Source: Marsupella aquatica (taxonomy: Eukaryota; Plantae; Marchantiophyta). Taken from it: a DNA stretch of 64,000 bases. Location of the stretch: the NCBI GenBank assembly GCA_973895155.1, contig OZ316891.1, positions 5,861,708-5,925,707 of the forward strand, given 5' to 3'. The notes under the pieces are model-generated. The model saw only the letters and a list, made by a program, of their open reading frames with translations, was not told the DNA's origin and searched no databases. The position numbers were made by a program, and so were the translations under genes. Positions 48,001-59,241 of this stretch are shown here, piece by piece; positions within the stretch are counted from its first letter, which is position 1; each line of letters starts with the position of its first letter.

Positions 48001-48405
48001 AAAAAGTATTTTTAGCCTTGATTTTGAACCGCGGCACATGTGTGCATTGCTTCTTCCTCTCTGGCAAAATGCTTTTCCTTGCGGTCCCTACTGGTATACC
48101 AACTAGTTGTAATTCATTGTCATCACAGTTGAACTGATCGCTACCTCGTGATAACTCACTCCACTTCATAATTGTGTATTGTTGTGAGCAGAACTAGTTC
48201 TCTCTTGCGAACAGCTGAGCAGGGAGCGGACACAGCAGTATGGTTAGCACAACAGCGCCCATCCCAGCTACAACCTGGTGGTTTCTACTTTGATCGTGTT
48301 AAATCTAGCAAGCATCTCCCTGGCTTTCATACATCCTACTCCCCTGATCAAGTCACCCCATTGATCTCAGCCATACGCTCCTTATGTGGACTGCCCTCAG
48401 ATTAG
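45005..48405 (+). CDS. DHRS12-like short-chain dehydrogenase/reductase; exons 45005?-45124, 45213-45274, 45562-45681, 45933-46032, 46218-46298, 46539-46588, 46981-47131, 47549-47608, 47782-47903, 48192-48405 (first exon uncertain)
   Basis: TGANQGIG Rossmann motif, VCDLSS, LVNNAG, VSSGGMY, catalytic YARNK, MHPGWADT, LRTAEQGADTAVWL and FYFDR. Intron phases are consistent from exon 2 to exon 10. Confidence 0.92.
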
Positions 48406-49294
48406 TGTGCTTCAAAAGTTTTGCTTACAGAAAATGTAAAGAAGATTGCTATCTCCAAAGTATATCCCAGACAGCCTTTGATACTGTGCTGGACCTTAAA
48501 TTTGTCATACGTCACTAGTTAAATTGGTGTACTGTGTGGATATGTTACAACCACGTTCCATGTATAAAGTTTGTTTTGGGACCTGAACGTCGAAATTGCA
48601 TTTTTCCAGTATTGTGGTATTGGTCGTAATAGGAAATGTCAACGTTTAACTTTTCCATGATTAATGTTCTGCCCTTGAGTAATCTATTTTGAACTTTCTA
48701 GTGAAGTTGACTTACACCCTCATAGGTAAACAATATGCACTATGGTTTTAACAGTTGTCAAACACCTTGTATGTATTCAAGAGTCTGTTCAAATAAGGTC
48801 CTGATGCCTGTGAAGTTCATGCAGTCGTTCACACCCGGCTTCGAGGCTTAGCAAAAAATGCTACACCTGTTCTTTACTCTCTGTAGAGTTGTAGCACTTC
48901 ATTTTATTTACTTTGAAGAATGATTATGATAAAAAAAATGGATCACGGTAAGTACAGCCACTCAAAATAGTTGTCGCTGAGCAGATGCGAGGCTTGTGTA
49001 AAGTATATATATGAGAAAGGTGGTAATAGTTTGTAAAGACCTCACAGGGATACTGGATATCTACTGAACTTTGCGTTCAAATCTGGAGAGTCAACCTTGT
49101 TTTGTTCATTCCGAAGGACCTACCTGTCTACTTATGTCTTCCAGTTTTTGTCAAGAACTCGGAAATATTCCAGCTTTCTCTCGCTCCAATCTGTTGGAAG
49201 TAATTTGATACAACGGTTTTGATACAATTTGATACAACGTAATTTGATACAAAGTTCATCCTAAAGCAAATGAAAACACCGCCATTCAACAGCA

Positions 49295-50030
49295 GCCGCC
49301 CCTGTTGAATCTTCTTGAATTAAGAGCAGAATGATGTCCCACTGGTAGTCTACCCTGTTATTGAACTGGTTGCCAGAAATGCTGACGACCTCGTTGTCAC
49401 AAATCATCACGGTAGACAAGATAGGTTAGAAAATGGTCGCTCCTTCACGTTACGAGTGTACTTCCAATCCAATCTACGATTCTTGTCGAGAGGGAAATAA
49501 TTCCACAGGATTTACGCACTTCGGATTCCAATCTACGTCTTATCGAAAGCGAAATCATTCCATTCCAACCCCTGTTGAATCTTCGTCAATTCAGAGCAGA
49601 ATGGAGAATCCCTTATACAACGTACTTCCAATTCAATTTACGGTGCTTATCGAGGAGGAAATCATCCCACTGGACATGGACTTCCACATTTCATCTACGG
49701 TTCTCATTGAGAGGAAACTCATTCCATACCAACCCCAGTTGAATCTTCTTCAATTCAGAGCAAAATGGAGAATACCTTCTACACGGTACTTCCAATTCAA
49801 CTTACGGTGCTTATCAATCATTCCACTTTTCATCTACGATTCTCATTGAGAGTAATATCATTCCATTCCGACACTTCGTCTACGATTCTCATTGAGAGGA
49901 AAATTATTCCATTCCGACCCTTCATCTACGATTCTCATTGATAGGAATATCCAGAGATTCTCATTGATAGGAATATCCAGAGCAGAATGGAGAAAACCCT
50001 TCTACAATGTACTTCCAATTCAATTTCCTG
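49295..50030. repeat. Degenerate tandem repeat cluster (~165-bp and ~35-bp units)
   Basis: Recurrent CCCTGTTGAATCTTC..CAATTCAGAGCAGAATGGAGAA, TACTTCCAATTCAA and CATCTACGATTCTCATTGAGAG. 49340-49450 also resembles 53115-53205. Confidence 0.75.
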
Positions 50031-51350
50031 TGCTTGTTTTTGACATTTTTCCACGGGACACCTCTGCATTTTGACATTGTACCAGTTAACAGGTTACGGG
50101 TTTGGAGTTGAACGATTCATTTGTGCCTGTGCGAATTTCATTACCATTCTTTAAAGTAAATGATATGAAGGACTTCAATGTTTGATTTTCATTGTGAGAC
50201 CTAAATGGAGTTCAGGCCTTCCAGAAATTCGCACGCGCCGGTTACGGCACGGGCGGGGGTTTGGAAATAGTTTTCAACCAGCAATTGACGCGTCTCGGTT
50301 TCACCTCACTAACTGCGTCATTGCCCCAAGCGCAAAGATGCCAGACACCGTAGGTTTCTCAGCCTCTTGTAGTCCCTCGTCCTGCTGGTGCGTGATGCAA
50401 AGACCAATGCTTATGGTCTTATCGATTTTCACGTTACTCTCGTCCTAAACCCGTCTGCCCGCATGTTTGACAGATTTCGCAATGGTACAATATGGAATTC
50501 TACCCCTATGTGCAATGCCCAAAATGTAGTGGCCAGAGGTCATCTACAGTACTGTAGGAGGCCAGCCTGTTTGACGGGAATTAATGTGGGAGTGCTCTAA
50601 AAGGACGTCTCAAACCTTTGGGTTCGCAAAAAGATGCCTGGCCCAAACTTACGAGTTGATGGATATTTATGCACTGTGACAAGCTTTTTTGCATCTGCCA
50701 CTTTAATTCCAGGAAAGCAACCTGGACCGTGACCGGAGGCAAAACTGAGAGGCTTGAGATGGACAATATTTCAACCATTGATATCTCAGGCCATTTCTTG
50801 TTGATGGACAACATTTCAACCATTGATATTGTTTGGGGTTGACAGCACCAGCTGACAAACACCTCAAAGGCTGGATGTCCGAAGCTTCAGTGCATAATCA
50901 AGCATGAATCTTCGTAGGAAAAGCAGGCCAGCGGCCAAGGCTGCCAATAACTTCCCTCCCTACACAAACGCTTACTCCCCTTTTTTCCCTTTGTAGTTTT
51001 AGGGGAGGTCCCCATCTATAACCCCCTTGCAAGTTGGCCAGGGGTTCTAAGCCTCATAATCCCAGACACTCTGGCCAAGTCTCAAATTTTATGTAAAAAA
51101 AAATGTCAGTGGATATGCTTGCTAACTCATGGCCTGTTTGGGGGCCATGGCTGTAACCCACTAGGGCTCACTGCCCTCAGGGATTACAGCCCATAATCCC
51201 CTCCAGGCCATGGGTTACCCTACACCTTTCCTTCTCTTTCACGCTACATCCTTTATCCTCCCTCTCAATGTATTTTTTACTGTCCCAGTCTCATGTTTTT
51301 CTTGTATGTTTCTGAATCTGAATCTAGACAATCCTACCCTGTAAGATAAC

Positions 51351-51500
51351 CGCGTGTTAAATCTACGTCAAGTTAATGCGGTCCGTACACCAGAACATAA
51401 ACCAATACACTATATTTCTGATTTATAAACCAAATGATTTGAACTACATGTGTTTTGGTTTATGTTCTGGTTGTACGGTTGACGTAGATTTAACGCGCGG
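51351..51500. mobile_element. ~150-bp palindromic mini-element (MITE-like); two inverted copies at ~52505-52650 and ~52664-52810
   Basis: Ends CGCGTGTTAAATCTACGTCAA ... TTGACGTAGATTTAACGCGCG with internal inverted CCAGAACATAAACCAA / TTGGTTTATGTTCTGG. Confidence 0.7.
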
Positions 51501-52504
51501 TTGGAAGATATGACCAAGATTGGGAATCCCAAAACTATTGATTTCACTTTCCTCAATCAATACGGTGTATTTCAAGGTATGTTAAAGAGGACCAAGTTAC
51601 TTATAAGTGCCAAACAAAGGACACTAGAGTAAAACCAAAAGAGGTCCAAATAATACAAACATGAAAGAAGAGGGCAAAAACTCCCAACTAGGAGATTCGC
51701 AGGTGGAAACTCGTTGTAGTAGTATCCCAAAAAGGTGAGCGCATTGAACTTGGATTTGGTCTATAAATAGATGTGGTTTAAGCTCACTTCGAGCCCTTTC
51801 TCAATGGCTGTGATGGATAGCACAAGTATGCTGCAATGGATAAGGCAAGAATTAGCATATAATAATATACCTAAACCCTTTCTGAATTTATTCCTTTGTA
51901 TATTTGTACAAGGTTGTGAGACATTACCCCGGGTGAAGCCACAGAACCCCTGGCCCAGCCTGGCCTGGTGATTATGAAATTTGAATGAGAAATAAAGTAA
52001 AGTGCAAGTGGCAGAGACAATGACTGACCTGGGGATTATGAAATTTGAACGAGAAATAAAGTAAAATGCAAGTGACAAAGCACCTCTAGACTAGACTTTT
52101 GGTATGTAAAATTGAACTGAATGTTGTGTTAAAGTAAGTTCACTCAGGTTTTATGCTCACTAACTCATCCCCACTAACAAACCAGACTTCTCTTTTGTAA
52201 AACTGAACTGAATGTTGAGTAAAAGTTCACTCAGGCTTTACCTTGGGTAACTCATCCCCAATGTCGGGTAAAAGTTCACTCAGGCTTTACCCTTGGTCGC
52301 TTTACCCTCGGTAACTCATCCCCGAGCTAGCTAACTCTTCCCCACTTGGGGATAATGGCTGTAACCCCTCGGGCTCAGCGCCCTTGGGGGTTAGAGCCCA
52401 TTACCCACCCCCTCTTGGCAAATGGATTACCTTACACATCATTGGGCATTGAAAGCCATAAAGCTCTGCCATGGAGAGGGTTTGGACTAGTGGCATGTAT
52501 ATAT

Positions 52505-52925
52505 TGCGCATTAAATCTACGTCAACCTTACAACCAGAACATAAACCAAAACACATGTCGTTCAAATCATTTGGTTTATAAATCAGAAATATAATGTATT
52601 GGTTTATGTTCTGGTGTACGGCATTAACTTGACATAGATTTAACACACAGTGTGACATGACCATGTGTTAAATCTACGTCAACCAACCGTACAACCAAAC
52701 ATAAATCAAGACACATGTCTTTCAAATCATTTGGTTTATAAATCAGAAATATAGTGTATTGGTTTATGTTCTGGTGTAAGGATCACATTAACTTGACGTA
52801 GATTTAACCTATTAACTTGACGTAAACTTAACGCATTAACTTGACATAAATTTAACATGCGGTGTGACACAGGGATGTAGATTTAACGCATTAACTTGAC
52901 GTAAATTATTTAACACGCGGTGTGG
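52505..52925. repeat. Two tandem copies of the palindromic mini-element followed by amplified terminal units
   Basis: Reverse complement of 51351-51500 twice, then about 4 TTAACTTGAC(G/A)TA(G/A)ATTTAAC-like units between 52788 and 52920. Confidence 0.75.
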
Positions 52926-54381
52926 CACAGTTCGGAATCGATTTGGATTCTTGTGCAAGAGTGGGCACTTGTCAAAATAACTTCGGAATCGATTCCTTCA
53001 CATTTGAACGATCACAGGAATTTGACGCCCTGCGATTGGGAATCGAACAGGATTCGAAGTTAGTGAAAACCGGGAAAATTCAAGTGCATGTGATCATCGC
53101 TAAGACTTTGCTGTCCCACTCGTAGTCGACCCTATCATTGAACTGGTTGTCAAAATCATCACAGTGAACACGATCTGTTAGAAATTGGTCGCTTCCTTTA
53201 CGTCATTACAATGCGATTAGTGTGCAAATGGGGTCAGCTTGGCCACCATGCCGTAATTTGCTGGAGGTGTCGGGTGTCAAGATTAGTGTAGTCGAACTAG
53301 CTCGATGCCAATTTGTAGCCTGCATTGTACATACTTCTGGGAAGCCGTGGGATGGAAACTTTGCTGCCGATTCATTTCTTTTTCCATCCAACTAAATCGA
53401 AGAAAAGTTCATACACTGGAACGAAGAAACTGGTGGGATTTTGGAAAAGTGATGCTTTGAAATGCATGATTGGATTCCATTGTCCTCAGTGTCTCCGCGA
53501 ATTAAACGCTTTCTAACTGTAGAGTATCGGGAGCCTACATTCTGTCAGGGTCAAGAATACAATTGAGCTCGTCCATTTCAGTCTGTCAGTGAGCTCGAAA
53601 TGACGAAATCGTGATATCCGTTGAACATCCTAATTGGCGTTAATTGTCCGATTGCAACGGACTATTTCAGTCACTCGAGTCACGTTCTCGAGCGAGCTCA
53701 CGTAAGTAGGGGAGAGCTCTGATAATCTCTCCAAGATAAGTAGTCCTTGTCTACAGTAAGCTAGATGGCAAATGTCTACTTGAAAGTCGAAGCGAAATAA
53801 TAATTCGGAAACATTTCCTTACCCGTGCCAGGTTTTCCCTTGAAGATGATTGTCACAACCAACTGCCCCAATAGTGAAGACGTTGTTGCGAGTCGTCCCG
53901 ATGGCGATGATAATTCAGAATTGTGACGATGAAATGATTGTCACAACTACCATCAATGACGACGACAATTGTCAAGAAGTGACAGTCCCCATGGAAAGAA
54001 ACAGTCATCACTTGATGTGACTCACAATGAGATAATTATCACCAACTTTTCTAGTGTAGACGAGTGTCAGCAGTTGTGCCAATGAAGTTCCCTGTCAAAA
54101 TCGTCCAACCGAACTTTATTCTACAGTTTGCTCCGAGAAAGAGACTGTAGCCCAAATTGTTCCAACGAGGATGGTTGTTTCAAATTGTCTCAATCAATAT
54201 GATTGCCAGACATTGTCGTAATGAAGAATCAGATTGTGACCCCTTGTCCCACCGAAGGTGATTGTAGTCGACTGTCGAACTGTGCCAATGAACATGACTA
54301 CAGCGAAATACTTGTCTCAAGGAAGATTTGGCACAGCTCGAAGGCGCTCTGGGCCCTGGACGGACCATTTCGGGCAAATCG

Positions 54382-55185
54382 TCACGTTTCATAAACTAGT
54401 ATAGTTGACGAGAACACCGTGTTCTCAGAAGACTTGGCCCGAGGGTGTGGGAATTTCGGCGGAGAATGAAGCTCTTGAAGGTGCATCTGCAATGCTGGAT
54501 TCGCGTGGAAGATCCCCGTCACGAACTCCACGTGCTCTTCAGCAGAAGGAATCGAAGATGTGACGCTGGGACGAACCCTAATGGCCTCAATCCATTTGTG
54601 TATTCTGGGAATCTCCATCTGGCCAGGAATGACAAAGCCGTCAAACTTCTCCAGAACCAGCAGAGAAGTGGAGAAAGGAGCGAGTACCGCATCGAGATAC
54701 CCGAATTCGAACCCAGTAAAGAAGGGCCCATCGACGGAATAACTCATCATTGCTGCGTCCACCATTCGCACGAACTTGACGGCACTCTCCATGGTCGCTT
54801 GCTTCAGGGGACAGCCGGGCTCGAGTTTCATGCAAGTGTCGAAGACCGAACTGTACCCTCGGTGAAGGAATTCGGCCCAGAATCTGACTTTGGCTCTCTC
54901 GTAAGGGTCCTTGGGCATCAGTGCAACGCTCTGTGGAAACACATCTTCCAAGTACTCGAGAATGACCAGCGACTGTGAGAGCGTTCTTCCGTTGTGGATG
55001 ATCACCGGAACCTGTCTGTAAACGGGATTCGTTTCCAGAATGAGCGTGGGCTTTTCGGGCAAGGTGACGTAGATGGGCTCGAACGGAATGCCCTTCTCCA
55101 ACAACGCTATCTGTATGCGTTGCGAATAAGGACTGCAGCTGTGCATGATCAGTTTCACCTCTACATCTGAATTGCTGCCCATCAT
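54382..55185 (-). CDS. Glutathione S-transferase, tau-like, intronless (267 aa)
   Basis: SPYSQRIQIALLEKGIPFE, LILETNPVYRQVPVIIHNG, SQSLVILEYLED, LMPKDPYERAKVRFWAEF and PFFTGFEFGYLD (N-capping box) match the GST tau pattern. Confidence 0.9.
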   Translation of the reverse strand: MMGSNSDVEVKLIMHSCSPYSQRIQIALLEKGIPFEPIYVTLPEKPTLILETNPVYRQVPVIIHNGRTLSQSLVILEYLEDVFPQSVALMPKDPYERAKVRFWAEFLHRGYSSVFDTCMKLEPGCPLKQATMESAVKFVRMVDAAMMSYSVDGPFFTGFEFGYLDAVLAPFSTSLLVLEKFDGFVIPGQMEIPRIHKWIEAIRVRPSVTSSIPSAEEHVEFVTGIFHANPALQMHLQELHSPPKFPHPRAKSSENTVFSSTILVYET

Positions 55186-57349
55186 ATATATACAGCCGAT
55201 TTCTCCAATGCTCCCACTTTCACGAACTGTTTGATTTGAGCTTCACCCACCCTTCAACTCGCTCACTACACTAGATAAACTTCATTTGGCAAGATTTAGA
55301 GCCACTCGCTCACTGGACTAGATACACTTCATTTGGCAAGATTTAGAGACACTCAGGTTTCTGTGAGAAGGAATTCAAGGAAAAGAGACACGGAGATGAA
55401 CACATGTGAACAGATCCAGCTATGCTGAACTAGAAATCGTTTCTGTGAGAGAGAAAGAGAACGAGACAGAGAAACACGCGTATGAACAGATCCATCAATG
55501 CTACAATGCTGAACGAGAAATGTACAGTTTCAGCAATGCGCAAGATTCAGGGAGCCAATTGAGCATGTTTTGCAGAAAACCAAGACATCAGCACGACAAT
55601 TGGATCGAACACGAGCTTAAAATTCGGAGCTATTAAAATCCTTGAACGAGCGCACTGGCTCCCTCTTCTCAACTTCAGCTTGAAAAAGCCTTCGTACCAA
55701 TTCTCTGTCCTGAGAGGTTTGCGGGCAGATTGAGGACTGGACCAGATCAGCACAGAAATCAAAGGCGAATCGAGAGCGCATAATTACATGTGATCCATGG
55801 CACTGAGTGCTCTCGCTTGGACCCACGTGACCCGTGCTGTACACGATAGCACGACGATGAAGAACTCTCCCTCCAATCTCGATCTCGACGGATCTCACTC
55901 ATTACTACTGTACTGCTGCAGCTGTCAATCGTGGTGAGTGGGTGGTCAGGTCCATCCTTGATCCTTTATTCCTTATGCGTTCCACAGCTTTGAATGTGGA
56001 GATGAAGCTTCCTTTGTGATATTCGTACTCGAGGACCAGCCCAGGCCAGGCTTGGCCGTTGAGCAGTACTCTCTCCCAAGTGGACACCTTTGACCTTACT
56101 GTCCTGTTTTTTATTAATTAACGTGTATCCTAAACAAAATTAAGTATCAACCCGTCCCCAGTTCCTATTTGGGGTCAATATAAATTCCTATATGGGTTTT
56201 CATTGTCATGTGACAACTCACTATTGGCTAGCTTTAACTTCCCAGCCCCCTTCTTGTTGCGGGACACAGTTGCAGGTGGGTTCTCATTGTCATGTGACAA
56301 TTCAGTATTGGCTAGCCTTAACCTACCCGCCACCCCTAGCCCCTTGCAGGGCACACTTGCAGGTCTGACAGGGGCAAACCTGCTTTGTTTTCACTCCACA
56401 CTCCCCTCACAAAAACCTGACACTTTTGAACCTCATTTTTACTTATGAAAATGCAGTGGGAAGGGCAAGTAGGCCCGAAGGTGGTGGCAGCGGGTTAAGG
56501 CTAGCCAATATTGACTTACCACATGGCAACGGGAACCTGTATATGAGTTGATACTGACCCAAGTGCAAAATGGGGGTTGGTTACTTGATAATTTATTTTG
56601 TTTTGGGGGGCAAAGGGGGCATGTTAGTAATATTGGGTAGTTTAGAGACATGTTAGTAAAAAGCTCTTTCAGTTTACCTACCACTAGGTTTTAGTTTGTT
56701 GTTGGCTTTTTAGTATTATTTTAGTTTTTGTGGGATACTCCTTGATTTGCTGTGCGTAAATGGTCTTTCCCTTTCCCTTTCCCTCCCTTTATTGAGTTAT
56801 TTTGCCTTTGGGATCATGACTCCCAAATTTGGCGTGCCTGTCTTTTGGGCAGTGTGATATGTATAGGAAGCCTCCCACTTTAGTGAGGACTGGGTTCTCC
56901 TAGACTGCTACCTGAGATAATGTATTACTGTGACTTGTCACATTTTTTAATCAATTAATTATCTCAATGCAATTTGTTGCTCTCCTGGGTTAAGTGACTT
57001 AAGTTTGGGAGGGAACAAAGGTTCTGAATTGGTAACCATTTCTAATCCATGTTGCTAAAATTCTCATAATCTTGTGCTAGAAATCTTGTCTGGGAAAAGT
57101 TCTCTTATAACCTCTCCTATAATCCTTGGTGTGGCATTTTTGAATCCCGGCATCCATGACACATCCCTTGACTGAAAGCGTATAGAGCAACTCGTATTAT
57201 CAAATTCAAAGAGAGGAGTCTTTGCCATGGTAAAGGATTCTAGAAATACTTAGAGAGATTGAACTCTACTTCAGTAGTTACTCAACCATAAATCCCTCAG
57301 TCAGTTTTCTCTTTGTATTTCTGGGATGATTATGAGATTTCAATCTTGT

Positions 57350-58546
57350 GGCTAGCCCGTCTCAAGGGTTGTCCGCTTAAATTGGGTACAATTTTTGGGT
57401 CGATCTAGAGCAAAACGACACTCAAGGGTTATGCTAGTCAATCAATCGCCACTTGGGGGCCATGGCTATAATCCCCTCTCTGGCTAGCCCATCTCAAGGC
57501 TTGTCCAGTTTCAGGTGCAATTCTCAGGTCGATCAAGAGCAAAACTACACTCAAGGGTTACACTAGTTAACCAATGGCCACTCGGGGGCCATGGCTATAA
57601 CCCCCTCTCTTGCTTGTCCCTCTCAAGGGTTGTCCAGTTCAGATGCAATTTTCAGGTTCATCTGGAACAAAACTACACTCTAGGGTTACAATACACTGCC
57701 CACCGTGAACAGTGTGAGTATAAATAGCGTGACACCAAAATTAGAGTGACTTGCATTAAATTGTGTGAACATTTTTTTTCTAACCCAAATCACACTCATT
57801 AAGTATGTTAAGGGCTGTCTTGCATGTGCAAGAGTCCTGAAAAAATGCAACCCTTAGCAGCCCACAGATGTCGGGAAAAAGTGTGGACCCAGGATCTAAA
57901 CACAATCAAGAATACCTTATGTGTGAAGTGCTTATTGAGTTGGGGATCTACTGCCATTTTGTTTTATTCAAAGTTCAAAGTCCGGGACCTCAAGGGCCTG
58001 AAAATTTCCAGCCCGTGCCCTTGTATATCCTCCAAAGACACCATCAGGACTGCCGGCTTGTCGCTTCGTATAGAGATGCCACGGGTTCATTTGAGGGCCA
58101 AAAATCAAAGGACCTTGCACATGCAAGATGGCCCTAAGTCACACTGTTTTCTTTTGTATTGAGAGTCAGCTTGAGTCTCAATTTTAGCAGGGACCTCAAT
58201 TAATGAGACCAAAAGTATGACTTCTTGTGAACTGTAACCAGTGCAACACCTGAATAATGTGAGTCATGCTATTTCATGTGAGACTTAAAATTTAAAGGCC
58301 TACGCAATTAGTGTGAGTAACACTAATTGCCGTGGAGAGTGTAGTTAACCAATGGCCACTCTCTGGCCGTGGCTATCACCCCCTCTCTAGCTAGCCTGTC
58401 TCAAAGGGTTATCCAGTGCAATTTTCAGCTTCATCTAGAACAAAACTACACTGAGGCCATGGCTATAACTCCCTTGCACCCACTTCCCTAGGGATTACAT
58501 CTCGATTACATCCCGTAACCCTCTTGGGGAAGGGTTACCCTACACC
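57350..58546. mobile_element. Unclassified repeat with ~129-bp sub-repeats ending in GGGTTACCCTACACC
   Basis: CTCAAGGGTT...CTAGAGCAAAACTACACTC...GGGGGCCATGGCTATAACCCCCTCTCT occurs ~2.6 times at 57350-57690 and once at 58340-58470. The same terminal block recurs at 51120-51226 and 52330-52438. Confidence 0.55.
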
Positions 58547-58677
58547 AAAACTTTGGAAGTTGTAAAATGAATTCCAGCACTTCTCTTTGGGTTTTCCGAA
58601 CTCCTCACAAGTTACAAATGTGATGGATGATACACGACGGATTTTAATCGAAGTCTCTCGTGCCTTCTTGTCAATGA

Positions 58678-59241
58678 ATGATGCTCACAACACTCGCAAG
58701 ACCTCTCCTTTTCTCGTCCTTCTCGACGATGATGTACCCGAATCTAGTCATAAATCCTCTAGTGATAAATCCTGCCTACAATTTGTCGCGCTTCTTCACC
58801 CACATCGGATGCACGCCACGCCACCCACAGCGAGCTTTCTCCCCTCTTCAATCGATCTCTTCTCGTAGCTGCTGCAGCAGAATGTTGTCGACCTCGACCT
58901 CGTCCAGCGCAGGCGCAACGCTGAAGAACGAATACCTCGTCATCGTACCGGACCACCCCAATTCGCTGCAGACGCGCCTGTCCTTGCGCGAGAAGCATCT
59001 CGAGAACGTCAAGCCTCATGTGCAGGCTGGATCCGTGCTCTTGGGCGGCTCGATTCTCTCCCGCCACCCCAAGGAGGGCGAGCAGCCGGACATGGTGGGC
59101 AGCGCGATGGTGATCAAGGCGGAGAGCGAGGAGGCGGTGCGGGAGTGGCTGGCTGCCGATATCTATGCTAAGGGCGGCGCCTGGAATGTGAACGAGGCCA
59201 AGATCTACCCGTTCCGCTCCGTGGTCAGGACAGCTATGTGA
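58678..59241 (+). CDS. YCII/YciI-related (dimeric alpha-beta barrel) protein, intronless, fungal-like, with an N-terminal extension; alternative start at 58882
   Basis: EYLVIVPDHPNSLQTRLSLREKHL...LLGGSIL...MVGSAMVIKAESEEAVREWLAADIYAKGGAWNVNEAKIYPF fits the YciI R-x-x-H-L and D-x-Y pattern and closely resembles ascomycete YCII proteins as I recall them. The core is strongly GC3-rich. Confidence 0.85.
   Translation: MMLTTLARPLLFSSFSTMMYPNLVINPLVINPAYNLSRFFTHIGCTPRHPQRAFSPLQSISSRSCCSRMLSTSTSSSAGATLKNEYLVIVPDHPNSLQTRLSLREKHLENVKPHVQAGSVLLGGSILSRHPKEGEQPDMVGSAMVIKAESEEAVREWLAADIYAKGGAWNVNEAKIYPFRSVVRTAM

Noticed and set aside
45005-48405. SDR as an L-fucose dehydrogenase completing a fucose pathway
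   Set aside because: It matches the conserved plant DHRS12-like family and has plant intron structure; nothing ties it to fucose.
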